DNA of 64,000 nucleotides from positions 1 to 64,000 of the forward strand of contig JAXGPF010000016.1 of the NCBI GenBank assembly GCA_040767085.1. The letters are read 5' to 3'. The notes under the pieces are model-generated. The model saw nothing but the letters and a program-made list of their open reading frames with translations. It made no database searches and was not told the origin of the DNA. A program made the translations under genes and the position numbers. Position 1 is the stretch's first letter. Each line of letters starts with the position of its first letter. This document shows, piece after piece, positions 8,861-18,188 of the stretch. The stretch comes from Kiritimatiellia bacterium (lineage in GTDB: Bacteria > Verrucomicrobiota > Kiritimatiellia > JAAZAB01).

Positions 8861-9814
8861 TTACAGGCGCACCGTGCCGTCGGACCGCGCCTGTTTGAAC
8901 CAATCCAGCGTCCGAGTCAATCCGTCCAGGAGCGATGTCCGGCAGAAAAGTCCAAGTTGATTCAACCGCGCCACGTCAAAAATCTTATCCATCTGTCCAT
9001 CCGGTTTGGAAGCATCCCAGACGATCCGGCCTTGAAAGCCTGTGACTGTTTTTATGGTTTCCGCCAGTTCCCGGATGGAAATCCTTCTGCCTGTTGAAAT
9101 ATTCACGGGTTCGCTGCTGTCATAATCGTTGATAAACCAGGGCAGCGCATCCGCTACATCCCCCGCATACACAAAGTCGCGGGTCGGCCGGCCGGAACCG
9201 AAAGCGGTAATTTCCGCATCGCCGCGTTCCGCCGCCTCAACGTATTTGCGGATCAGCGCGGGAATCACGTGCGACTCCTGCAGGTTGAAATTATCCCATT
9301 CGCCGTAAACATTGCCGGGAATCAGGACGATGGAATTCAAGCCGTATTGCTTGCGGTACGCCCAAGACTGGACCAGCAACGTTTTCTTAGCGACCGAATA
9401 GCCCGCGCTTTCAATTTGCGGAAATCCGCGCCACATCTGCCCTTCATCAATCGGCGACCTGGCGTCTGACGGATAGGAGCACCCGCCCATAAACGTGATA
9501 AGTTTCTGTACGCCAAAGTGTTGTGCCGCCTCAAAGACATGCAGGTTTATGGCCATATTATGATAAAAATAATCTGCCGGCCGCTCCTTATTGTCAATAA
9601 TGCCACCGGATTTGGCCGCCAGGTGCACAACGCAATCCGGTCGGAAATCGCGCAACATCCGAAATGCAGCTTGGGAATCCAACAGATCATATTGAGCATG
9701 CGCAGGCGTAAACACCTCGGCCGTAAAATTTTCCCGTATCCTGGGAACGATATGATGGCCCAAAAAACCGGAAGCTCCGGTAATTAAAATGCGCTTGTAA
9801 CGATTTGACGGCAT
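8861..9814 (-). CDS. fcl: GDP-L-fucose synthase-like epimerase/reductase
   Basis: GASGFLG, HLAAKSGGI, CSYP, YSVAK, PGNVYG..DNF, SHVIPALIRK, GSGRPTRDF and KPDGQ motifs. Confidence 0.85.
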   Translation of the reverse strand: MPSNRYKRILITGASGFLGHHIVPRIRENFTAEVFTPAHAQYDLLDSQAAFRMLRDFRPDCVVHLAAKSGGIIDNKERPADYFYHNMAINLHVFEAAQHFGVQKLITFMGGCSYPSDARSPIDEGQMWRGFPQIESAGYSVAKKTLLVQSWAYRKQYGLNSIVLIPGNVYGEWDNFNLQESHVIPALIRKYVEAAERGDAEITAFGSGRPTRDFVYAGDVADALPWFINDYDSSEPVNISTGRRISIRELAETIKTVTGFQGRIVWDASKPDGQMDKIFDVARLNQLGLFCRTSLLDGLTRTLDWFKQARSDGTVRL

Positions 9815-10270
9815 ATTCTTTAATCCATGTTTAAAACATGGTTTTTACGGTAGCATTCGATTCATTGCTTGTCAATTATATCCACGATGCGCCTTTTCTC
9901 TTGCGTGTCTTCGTAGCAATCAGAACATCACCGGCAAAACATCTTGACTTTACCTTAAGCTTATGCAAAATTTCTTTTGTTTATGTATTGCTTTATCAAA
10001 CAGTTACACAAGCAGTCCGGATTTGCAACCCATTGCGTTTAAATATAAAGCCGACTCCGTTCATATCCGATTTGCTTAGAGGTGTGATTACTCCTTTTAT
10101 AGACTCTGATTGAACCGCCGTTTTCCTCCTTTATCTGCCTGGTTTACCACATGCGGTCAAAATCTGAAATTACTTCATATTGAATTTCCAGACGCGATTT
10201 AACATCAAACCGCCGGCGGACAAGACAATCCTGTCGATTTTTTGATAACCCGAGCATCTCAACCGCGTTT

Positions 10271-11287
10271 ATGATTATTTCGCAAACACCTTTCCGAATC
10301 AGTTTTTTCGGCGGCGGCACGGATTTCCCCGGCTTTTACAACCAACACGGCGGCGCCACCCTGCTCTCAACTATAAATAAATACAGTTACATTTCCCTGC
10401 ACCGCCTGGTGCCGATTTTCAAACACCGCTTCCGCGCCAGTTACGCCCGAACCGAATCCGTGCAAAATCCCGGAGAATTCGTCCATCCGCTGATTCGCGA
10501 GTGCATGTTGTATTTACAAATAAGCGACGAAATGGAAATTGCTCACACGTCCGACCTGCCCGGACGTACGGGCCTTGGCACTTCTTCATCATTTACCGTG
10601 GGCTTGCTGCATGCCCTGCACCAATACCGAGGAGATTCGATTGACGCCGGCGCGCTGGCGCGCGAGGCCATTTTAATCGAACGGGAACGCGTCGGCGATG
10701 CCGGCGGCCATCAGGACCAGTATGCCGCCGCCTACGGCGGGCTGTTGCGCCTGGATTTCACCGGCGTCAATCAAGTGGCGGTCAAGCGTATTCAAGTTGC
10801 TCCCGACCGGCTCCAGGCATTCAACAACCGTCTGATGCTGTTTTACACCGGCATGGAAAAATCGGCGGAAACCATACTGCGCGAGCAAAACCGCAACACC
10901 GGCAACAACACGCCGCGCTTGCTGGCGCTCAAGAACATGGTTGACCAGGCAGAGCAACTGCTATGCGGCGAGGCGCCCCTGTCGGAATTCGGCGCCATCA
11001 TGCATGCGGGCTGGGAGCTGAAAAAAACTTTTTCCAGCGGAATTTCAAACGCCGCAATTGACCGGGCGTATGCAGCCGCCAGATCCGCCGGGGCAACCGG
11101 CGGCAAACTGCTGGGGGCCGGCGGACGGGGATTCCTGTTGCTGGATGCCGATCCGGACATACATCCTGCCATCCGCGCCGCGCTGCCCGAATACCGTCAA
11201 ATTGATTTTACTTTATCAAATTGCGGCAGCCGCATTCTATTTAATCAAGACGAAGGCTTAGCGACAACCAGCATCCGGCGCACGTAG
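10271..11287 (+). CDS. hddA: D-glycero-alpha-D-manno-heptose-7-phosphate kinase (GHMP family)
   Basis: TPFRISFFGGGTD, DLPGRTGLGTSS, GHQDQY and GGKLLGAGGRGF motifs. Confidence 0.85.
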   Translation: MIISQTPFRISFFGGGTDFPGFYNQHGGATLLSTINKYSYISLHRLVPIFKHRFRASYARTESVQNPGEFVHPLIRECMLYLQISDEMEIAHTSDLPGRTGLGTSSSFTVGLLHALHQYRGDSIDAGALAREAILIERERVGDAGGHQDQYAAAYGGLLRLDFTGVNQVAVKRIQVAPDRLQAFNNRLMLFYTGMEKSAETILREQNRNTGNNTPRLLALKNMVDQAEQLLCGEAPLSEFGAIMHAGWELKKTFSSGISNAAIDRAYAAARSAGATGGKLLGAGGRGFLLLDADPDIHPAIRAALPEYRQIDFTLSNCGSRILFNQDEGLATTSIRRT

Positions 11288-12015
11288 CGGCGCGCGCGGC
11301 GCACGGCGTCCGGCAGGGGCTGGCCTTGCGCCAGCGCGGCGGCCAGCGCCGCTGAAAAGGTGCAGCCGGTGCCATGGGTGCTCGGCGCTTTCACCCGCGC
11401 ATGTTTGAAGAACCAGGCGCGTCCGCCCTGATGCAACACATCCACGCAGTATCGCCCGGACAGGTGTCCGCCCTTGACCACGCAGGCAATCTTGTATTTT
11501 TCGGCAATCAGCCGCGCCGCCTGCCGCTGGTCCGCCAGGCTGTCAATCGCCATGCCCGCCAGCGCCTCCGCCTCGGGAACATTGGGTGTCGCCACCGTCG
11601 CCAGCGGCAACAGGTTATGGCAGAGCGCCTGCACGGCATCCCGGCGCAAAAGCCGCGCGCCGGAAGTCGCCACCATCACCGGGTCCACCACGACATACCG
11701 GAAACGCCGGCGCGCCAGTTCGCGCGCCACCGCCCGGATAATGCCGGCATTGTACAACATGCCGGTCTTGACCGCCTGGACGGCAAATCCTTCGCAGATG
11801 GCATCAACCTGGCGCGCCACCATCGCCGGAGTGACGGCCGCCACGGCGCGCACGGCCCGCGGATTCTGGGCGGTCAGGCAGGTCAACGCCGTGGTCCCCC
11901 AGACGCCCAACGCGGTAAAGGTTTTCAAGTCAGCCTGGATGCCGGCGCCGCCGCCGCTGTCGGAGCCGGCGATGGACATCACGGCGGGCGGCAAGCGTGA
12001 TGATGGTGGAGACAT
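11245..12015 (-). CDS. thiD: Hydroxymethylpyrimidine/phosphomethylpyrimidine kinase
   Basis: [39 protein letters not shown] and [10 protein letters not shown] motifs. Confidence 0.95.
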   Translation of the reverse strand: MSPPSSRLPPAVMSIAGSDSGGGAGIQADLKTFTALGVWGTTALTCLTAQNPRAVRAVAAVTPAMVARQVDAICEGFAVQAVKTGMLYNAGIIRAVARELARRRFRYVVVDPVMVATSGARLLRRDAVQALCHNLLPLATVATPNVPEAEALAGMAIDSLADQRQAARLIAEKYKIACVVKGGHLSGRYCVDVLHQGGRAWFFKHARVKAPSTHGTGCTFSAALAAALAQGQPLPDAVRRARRYVRRMLVVAKPSS

Positions 12016-12057
12016 AAGGAGCCAATCTGAAACTTTTTGTTTTTTAACTGTGAATTA

Positions 12058-12102
12058 TGTTACCTCGGAACTTTTTTTATCCACAGATTACGCAGATTTT
12101 CG
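12058..12102 (-). repeat. Partial copy of the AATCTGCG(T)-period repeat element (family A)
   Basis: ATCCACAGATTACGCAGATTT and its flank align with the reverse complement of about 24609-24659. Confidence 0.7.
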
Positions 12103-12108
12103 GCCATA

Positions 12109-12215
12109 AAAGAAGATGGGGATTGTTTACCACAGAGACGGATGAGCGAACAGAATAAATCTTTGTGCTTTTGTGTCTTTGTGTGAGTATTTCTGGATCT
12201 GTTGATTTACGTCAA
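12109..12215. repeat. Short (empty) copy of a dispersed repeat element (family B)
   Basis: 12109-12148 matches 24146-24185 and 12153-12215 matches 24488-24550 with few mismatches. Confidence 0.85.
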
Positions 12216-12361
12216 ACTCCAATTTCCTTAAAAAACATTATCGTTTTCCGGTGATAAACCGTATCTATAAGATGATAGTGTTCGCTTTTGCTGCAAATTC
12301 TTCCTTTGCTGCCTTGTTCCGCCTTCTGTTCAAAATATCCGGAACCCGTGTGCGCCTGAAA

Positions 12362-13582
12362 TCAGGTCCACCACCAGGGAACAGCACGCACACCGGGCGC
12401 CACACTTATCGGTGCGGGAATATCAGCCATAATGACTGCGCCCTGCCCCTGGAACTCAGCCAAGCGCATCCACTTGATAAGGCTGTCGGCGTGGCGCGGC
12501 ATGACCGTGGCGGTTGCCTTGATTTCAACCGGGTAGAGACGGCCATCATATTCAACAAGCAAATCCACCTCCAACCCATCGTGTGAACGCCAATAATAAA
12601 GAGGCGGCGGCAGGCCGCGATGGCAAAACGCCTTGACCCAGGCGGCAATCACCGCGGATTCCAGCAATGGTCCGTATAAGGGCCCGGATATGAGCGGGGC
12701 CGACGAATGTAATCCTGTTAAAAATGTTGCCAGGCCGGTATCCAGAAAATAAAGTTTCGGACTTTTAACCAGCCGTTTTCCAAAATTCTTAAAATATGGC
12801 GGCAACAAAAAAACCTGGCCGCTTGCTTCAAGAACCGAGATCCATTTCCTGGCAGTAGGCGCCGAGACACCTGCATCGCGCCCCAGATCGGAGTAATTCA
12901 AGATTTGCCCTGTACGGGCGGCAAGGAGGCGCAAAAAACGCGTAAATGAATTTAAATCTCCAACATTTAAAATCTGGCGCACATCCCGCTCCAGATAAGT
13001 TTGAATATAACTCGCGCACCATAAGTTACGATCAACATCCGCATTTGCCCGCAGTTCAGGATAAGCGCCGCGCAATAACCAATCCGCCAGGCAGAAATCG
13101 GGCGCTTGCGCCGAACTTTGCCCGCTGAAAATATCCGACAGCAAACTCGGGAGAGACACCGGCGATCCCTTAACTCCCAGGACTTCTTCCAGGGAACAAG
13201 GCAATAAATTCAATACCGCCACTCGACCGGCCAAAGATTGGCTGACACCCTGCATGAGTGCGAAATTTTGCGACCCGGTGAGCAGCCATTGCCCCGGCAA
13301 ACGATCAGCATCAATAGATGTTTTAATATACGAGAGCAGTTCCGGCGCATATTGAATTTCATCAAAAATGACGGGAGGTGGATTTTCGTGAAGAAATCCT
13401 TTAGGATCGCTTAAAGCCCGGGCTCGCATGTCCGGATTCTCAAGGGAAATCAAGCGATGGGTCGCACCCCAACCCATTTGAAGCAGCGTCGTCTTGCCGA
13501 CCTGGCGTGCGCCAGTTACCAGAATTGCCGGAAATGTCTTGCAGGCCTGCCTGATTGTATTGGATAATACTCTGGTATACAT
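12362..13582 (-). CDS. AAA+ ATPase with DUF4143 and C-terminal PD-(D/E)XK-like motif
   Basis: Walker A GARQVGKTT, FDEIQ, LTGSQ, SLAGR, TYLERD, KSPKLYFLDTG and EVDLL..PVEIK motifs; TTGACT-N16-TATCTT-N6-ATG upstream. Confidence 0.9.
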   Translation of the reverse strand: MYTRVLSNTIRQACKTFPAILVTGARQVGKTTLLQMGWGATHRLISLENPDMRARALSDPKGFLHENPPPVIFDEIQYAPELLSYIKTSIDADRLPGQWLLTGSQNFALMQGVSQSLAGRVAVLNLLPCSLEEVLGVKGSPVSLPSLLSDIFSGQSSAQAPDFCLADWLLRGAYPELRANADVDRNLWCASYIQTYLERDVRQILNVGDLNSFTRFLRLLAARTGQILNYSDLGRDAGVSAPTARKWISVLEASGQVFLLPPYFKNFGKRLVKSPKLYFLDTGLATFLTGLHSSAPLISGPLYGPLLESAVIAAWVKAFCHRGLPPPLYYWRSHDGLEVDLLVEYDGRLYPVEIKATATVMPRHADSLIKWMRLAEFQGQGAVIMADIPAPISVAPGVRAVPWWWT

Positions 13583-13747
13583 GCCTTTAAGATAATTCCG
13601 GAAAATTAAAAGTCAAGGTTTTAATTTGCACAACCAGATAAAGGGGTGTAAGACAAATTTGTTGATGATTTGTGTAAAATTTAATTTCGCGGCGGATTTC
13701 ATTGTGATTTATGAGTCCGCTATAGATACAACCCTGTAAATTCCGGT

Positions 13748-13782
13748 AATTTCGGCCAGGTTACACCATCCTGGCCGAAATT
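13748..13782. repeat. Perfect 13-bp-stem hairpin inside the MITE
   Basis: AATTTCGGCCAGG-N9-CCTGGCCGAAATT. Confidence 0.8.
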
Positions 13783-13790
13783 GGGACACC

Positions 13791-13984
13791 GCGTAGCGAA
13801 TTCCGCCCCCCGAGCTTGTCGAGGGGTTCGAAAAGACAAGGCAAGTTTAGGGTGGATGCGTGGGCGCAGGTGGTGACGCTAATCTCAAGATTGCGTTACC
13901 GCCTGCAACCACGCCCGCAGGGTCCGCGCAGCGGACAGACGCCCCAAAATGGCCGCCGTTCTTTTCGAACGGAATTCGCTACGC
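13791..13984. repeat. 25-bp inverted repeat pair whose left arm is interrupted by a 21-bp REP-like palindrome
   Basis: GCGTAGCGAATTCCG[CCCCCCGAGCTTGTCGAGGGG]TTCGAAAAGA versus TCTTTTCGAACGGAATTCGCTACGC (13960-13984); a further hairpin lies at about 13866-13906. Confidence 0.8.
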
Positions 13985-14070
13985 ATCCCTACCACCGCAC
14001 TACCCCAACAAATTTGTCTTACACCCCAGATAAAGAGGCATTACGGCCGCAGGCCGTCTTATTGGCTTTG

Positions 14071-14751
14071 TCAGATATTTTTCTCTGTGTCTGGCCTTGA
14101 GGCTTCCGCCAGCGCGGCAATGCGCGTCATCACGAGGTCGGCAATATCCTGGTAGCGGCTTTCACGCGCCAGCAGCGGCGTCAATTCCTCCGGCATGATC
14201 GGCGGACCATAAACCACCGACACCGGATGCCGCCGGATGGATCGCTCGCCTTTGGGCAAGGCATGGAAAGTGCCGGTAACATGCGCCGGCACCACCGGCA
14301 CTCCGCCCTTGGCAATCAGGAACCCCACCCCGCCCTTGCCGGATTGCAAGCGCCCGTCCAGCGACCGGGTTCCCTCGGGAAACAGCGAAAGCGCCCCGCC
14401 GGCCTTCAAAATGTTCAAAGCCGCGCGCATGGCGGCAATGTCGCCCTTGGTGCGGTCCAAGGGCACCACGCCGACTGCCCGGCACCACCAGCGCGTCAGG
14501 AAATTGCCAAACAGCGTCTCGCGCGCCATAAATCGCACATGACGGTGCCAAATGCCGCATCCGACTGCCGGCGGATCCAATAAACTGGCGTGGTTGGATG
14601 CAATAATGCAACCGCCGGTGGCCGGCACGTTTTCGGCGCCCCGCCCCTGGAAACGGCAGCAGCTACGCAGGACGATATAACAGATCCAACGGAAAAACCA
14701 GAACCAGAAAGGAATTTTTTCCCTGTTTGCCGAAGATTTAGGAGGCGTCAT
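14071..14751 (-). CDS. plsC: 1-acyl-sn-glycerol-3-phosphate acyltransferase
   Basis: NHASLLD, FPEGTRS and VPVVP motifs; start MTPPKS overlaps the cmk stop (ATGA). Confidence 0.9.
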   Translation of the reverse strand: MTPPKSSANREKIPFWFWFFRWICYIVLRSCCRFQGRGAENVPATGGCIIASNHASLLDPPAVGCGIWHRHVRFMARETLFGNFLTRWWCRAVGVVPLDRTKGDIAAMRAALNILKAGGALSLFPEGTRSLDGRLQSGKGGVGFLIAKGGVPVVPAHVTGTFHALPKGERSIRRHPVSVVYGPPIMPEELTPLLARESRYQDIADLVMTRIAALAEASRPDTEKNI

Positions 14752-15419
14752 GATATCAATTCCCGATAAGCCGCCAAGACGCAGGCCACCACTTCCTCCA
14801 GGCTCATGGAGGTGGTGTCCAACACCCGCGCATCCGCGGCCGCCTGCAGCGGATGCACGGCGCGCCCGCGATCGAGCGCATCGCGCTGCTGCAACGATGC
14901 GCCCACGTCCTGCACGCCGGCCAACGCCGGCCGGGACTGTAATTCGCCATGGCGGCGGCGGGCGCGGGTCGCCAAATCGGCATCCAGGTAAAATTTCAAC
15001 GCCGCGTTCGGAAAAACCGCCGTACCGATATCGCGGCCCTCCATGACCAGGTTGCCGAAACGCGTCATGTCCCGCAGCCATGCCACCACCCGGACGCGCA
15101 CGGCCGGCACGGCGGCAACGTAACTCACATGCCGGCAGACTTCATCCGAGCGCAATTCTGCGTTCAACACCGCTTCGCCGATACGGAATCGGACGGCCCG
15201 GTCAGCATCCAGAAAAAACTCCAGGCGCACATCCGGCAGTTCGCGCGCCACCGCCGCCGTATCCCGCGTATCCACGCCGCGGCGGAGGAACGCCCAGGTC
15301 AGCCCGCGGTACACTGCCCCGGAATCCACGTAAACCCAGCCCAACCGCCGCGCCGCTTCCCGGCTGACGGATGATTTGCCGGATGCCGATGGCCCATCAA
15401 TGGCTATGATATTGCTCAT
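14748..15419 (-). CDS. cmk: Cytidylate kinase
   Basis: IAIDGPSASGKSS, DSGAVYR and MEGRDIGTAVFP motifs. Confidence 0.95.
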   Translation of the reverse strand: MSNIIAIDGPSASGKSSVSREAARRLGWVYVDSGAVYRGLTWAFLRRGVDTRDTAAVARELPDVRLEFFLDADRAVRFRIGEAVLNAELRSDEVCRHVSYVAAVPAVRVRVVAWLRDMTRFGNLVMEGRDIGTAVFPNAALKFYLDADLATRARRRHGELQSRPALAGVQDVGASLQQRDALDRGRAVHPLQAAADARVLDTTSMSLEEVVACVLAAYRELIS

Positions 15420-15452
15420 TTTCACTAATTACCGACATTCGGTTTTCACGGT

Positions 15453-16793
15453 TTATTCCGCTGCCCCGAGTTCCACCTGGCCGCCCAGTTCCCGTAAATG
15501 CCGCCAGAATTCCGGGTATGATGTATCGACGCAGGCTACATCTTCAATGATCATCGGCGCCTGCGCAAATAATCCCAGCACGGCCATGGACATGGCCACG
15601 CGGTGGTCGCCATAACTTTTGACCCGCACGCCGCCGCGGATCGGCCGCCCGCCGCGGATCCGCATGCCGTCCGGCAATTCTTCCACCTCCGCGCCCGCCA
15701 GCCGCAGGTTGGCCGCCATGCAGGCGATGCGGTCGGATTCCTTGACGCGCAATTCCTGGGCATCGCGGATCAACGTTTCGCCGGCCGCCAGCGCCCCGGC
15801 CACCGCTACCAGCGGCAATTCATCAATCACGGCCGGTATCTCCGTGCCGCCCACGGTTGTCCCGCTCAGAGCGCGCCCGCGCACTTCAATCGCGCCCATT
15901 GGCTCCGGCGAAGCATCTTTCCCGGGCGTCACCCGAATCTCCGCCCCCATGCGCTGCAGAATATCCAGCAGCACCGACCGCCGGCCATTCAATCCGACGG
16001 ATGACAACGCCACCGACGACGACGGGCAGGCCGCCGCCGCCGTCAGCCAGAACGCTGCGGACGAAAAATCGCCCGGCACCAACCAGTCGCCCGGCGGCAG
16101 CGCCGGGCCGCCCGGCCCGTACCCCCTGACCCGCACGCGCAAGCCATCCACCTCCAGGTCAACGCCTAAAGCCTGCAAAATGATTTCCGTGTGATTGCGC
16201 GTTGGCAACGGTTCCCAGACCGTGGTATCGCCCTCCGCAAACAAGCCGGCCAGCAACACGCAGGATTTGACCTGGGCCGATGCCACCGGCAGGCGGTACT
16301 CAATCCCGCGCAAACGCCCGCCATGCACCGTCAGCGGCGCGCAGCCGCGCGGCCCCGACAATTCCAGGCGCGCGCCCATCAATTCCAGCGGCTGTCGTAT
16401 GCGTTCCATCGGGCGCGAGCGCAGTGAAGCGTCCCCGGTCATCACCGTGGACCAGGGTCGGCCGGCGAGCAGCCCGGCCAGCAAGCGCAGACTGGTGCCG
16501 GAATTGCCCAAGTCCAACGGCGCCGCCGGCGCGCGCCACCCCTGCCCCGCCACGTACAAGGTTTGGTCCTGCCAGGATACATCCGCGCCCAGCGCGGCTA
16601 CGGCCCGCAGCGTGTTCAGGCAATCTTCGCTGCACAGATAATTCCGGATCGCCGACCGGCCCGGCGCCAACGAAGCCAGCATGGCCAGCCGGTGCGAAAC
16701 GCTTTTATCCCCCGGCACCTGCAACGCCCCGCGCAGGGAACCGGCGGGTGCTACCGTGGCATTTATGCTTTTACCTGAATTTTGACTGGTCAT
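15453..16793 (-). CDS. aroA: 3-phosphoshikimate 1-carboxyvinyltransferase
   Basis: PGDKSVSHR, GNSGT, SAQVKS, PGDFSSA, ELRVKESDRI and DHRVAM motifs. Confidence 0.95.
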   Translation of the reverse strand: MTSQNSGKSINATVAPAGSLRGALQVPGDKSVSHRLAMLASLAPGRSAIRNYLCSEDCLNTLRAVAALGADVSWQDQTLYVAGQGWRAPAAPLDLGNSGTSLRLLAGLLAGRPWSTVMTGDASLRSRPMERIRQPLELMGARLELSGPRGCAPLTVHGGRLRGIEYRLPVASAQVKSCVLLAGLFAEGDTTVWEPLPTRNHTEIILQALGVDLEVDGLRVRVRGYGPGGPALPPGDWLVPGDFSSAAFWLTAAAACPSSSVALSSVGLNGRRSVLLDILQRMGAEIRVTPGKDASPEPMGAIEVRGRALSGTTVGGTEIPAVIDELPLVAVAGALAAGETLIRDAQELRVKESDRIACMAANLRLAGAEVEELPDGMRIRGGRPIRGGVRVKSYGDHRVAMSMAVLGLFAQAPMIIEDVACVDTSYPEFWRHLRELGGQVELGAAE

Positions 16794-17658
16794 GTTTCCC
16801 CTGCGCCTCCAAAGCGCGCCGCTTTGTCCGGGCATCTTCCAGCAAGTGCCGGACCGCCCCAAAATCGCCGCCTTCCAGCGCCGCCGTCATGGCCGCTAAA
16901 TTGCCTTGCAAGGCGCGCAATTCATCCAAGACGGCCGTCCGGTTGGTCTGTAAAATATCATGCCACATGGCCGGATCGCCTTCCGCCACCCGGGTGGTGT
17001 CCCAGAAGCCGGCGCCGCAGAGGAGCCCGGCCTGTTCCGGCGCATGCCGCCCTACGGTAGCGGACACCAGCGCCGCCGCCAGGTGCGGTAAATGGCTGGT
17101 GGCCGCCAGCAGGCGGTCATGATCCCCGGGCGTCATCCGCCGTACCCTGGCGCCCAGGCCCGCCCAGAAATCCTCCGTCATGCTCAAAGCATCAGGCCGC
17201 GTCAAGGGTGAAGGCGTCACCACGACCAGCGCCCCGCGGTACAAATCCGCGCGGGCAGCTTCCAGGCCCTGCCGCTCGGAACCGGCAATCGGATGCGATC
17301 CGACAAATGCCGCCGGGCTGCCGGCAAACAGGTCATCCATCCGCCGGACCACCTCCGCCTTGCTGCTGCCGACATCCGTGACCACGCTGCCCGGTTCCAG
17401 TCCGGGGAGGCAGGCCGCCGCCATGGCGGCAATCTGGCCGACAGGTGTGCAGATCACTGTAACCCGGGCCCCGCGCACGGCTGCCGCCGGATCGTCAAAA
17501 ACCGCGTCCACCGCGCCGCATTCCAACGCCAGACGCCGGGTTTCCGCGCGGCGGGCATAGCCGGCAACCCGCACGCCCGGCTGGCGCCGCAAAGCCATGC
17601 CCAGCGAGCCGCCCATCAATCCCAAGCCGATAACCGCCACATGATTTATTTTGGACAT
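16771..17658 (-). CDS. tyrA: Prephenate/arogenate dehydrogenase
   Basis: GLGLMGGS, TDVGSSK, HPIAGSE, HD...SHLPH and DTTRVA motifs; TTGAAT-N18-TATCAT-N6-ATG upstream. Confidence 0.92.
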   Translation of the reverse strand: MSKINHVAVIGLGLMGGSLGMALRRQPGVRVAGYARRAETRRLALECGAVDAVFDDPAAAVRGARVTVICTPVGQIAAMAAACLPGLEPGSVVTDVGSSKAEVVRRMDDLFAGSPAAFVGSHPIAGSERQGLEAARADLYRGALVVVTPSPLTRPDALSMTEDFWAGLGARVRRMTPGDHDRLLAATSHLPHLAAALVSATVGRHAPEQAGLLCGAGFWDTTRVAEGDPAMWHDILQTNRTAVLDELRALQGNLAAMTAALEGGDFGAVRHLLEDARTKRRALEAQGKHDQSKFR

Positions 17659-17744
17659 TTGCGCATGATAGCCCAACGGTGCGCGGTAATTCAATTCTTT
17701 TTTCAATCGGATGCAGCAGAACGGCGTTCCGCGACGCAGTCAGG

Positions 17745-18044
17745 CTTTGATCCTCTGTGCCTCTGATCCTTTGTCCCTTTCCTGATTCACCACGAAGGAC
17801 ACGAAGAGCACGAAGGGGGATTTTAGGATTTGAACAAAAGGAAACGAAAGGTAGGGCGGCCAGTCCCTGGCCGCCGGCTGGAGGGCGAACTTGGGCGGCG
17901 TAAGTTTTATGGTTTACGGTTTTAAGGTTTTACGCCAGAACCAATGCCACAGAACACCGTATTCTCCATATCGAAATCATCCATCCGGTATTCCCGCCTT
18001 TCCTTCGATATTCTACGATTCTTTATTCTGCGGTTCTGCGGTTC
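17745..18044. repeat. Mosaic of short-period tandem repeats and a GTAG-type REP
   Basis: 8-nt period CTYTGnnC (17745-17780); CACGAAG x3 at 9-nt period (17791-17815); GTAGGGCGGCCAGTCCCTGGCCGCC (17851-17875); GGCGTAA..(GGTTTTAN)n..TTACGCC (17897-17936); TTCTGCGGTTCTGCGGTT 7-nt period near 18027-18044. Confidence 0.75.
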
Positions 18045-18188
18045 GCCGGGAAAACTTCGTTGAAATTGGCTCCATGATTTTTAATATTGCCGGCGGCGGC
18101 GCGAGCCGGTATGCTGCAATGTTGTCTGACTGGCAGTGTCGCAAAGTCCGCTCCTGCGGCAATATCAACCCACGAACAGAGTTCGCCC

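Larger units (their letters stand above)
13644..14026. mobile_element. Non-autonomous MITE, 383 bp, IS256/ISLre2 (Mutator-like)-type ends
   Basis: Perfect 21-bp TIR GGGTGTAAGACAAATTTGTTG (13644-13664 / 14006-14026) flanked by 9-bp direct repeat CAGATAAAG (13635-13643 / 14027-14035); no transposase ORF. Family assignment is inferred. Confidence 0.85.

Noticed and set aside
9838-10113. 91-aa ORF in the fcl-hddA gap
   Set aside because: No RBS or motif, and AT-rich promoter-like sequence; probably spurious.
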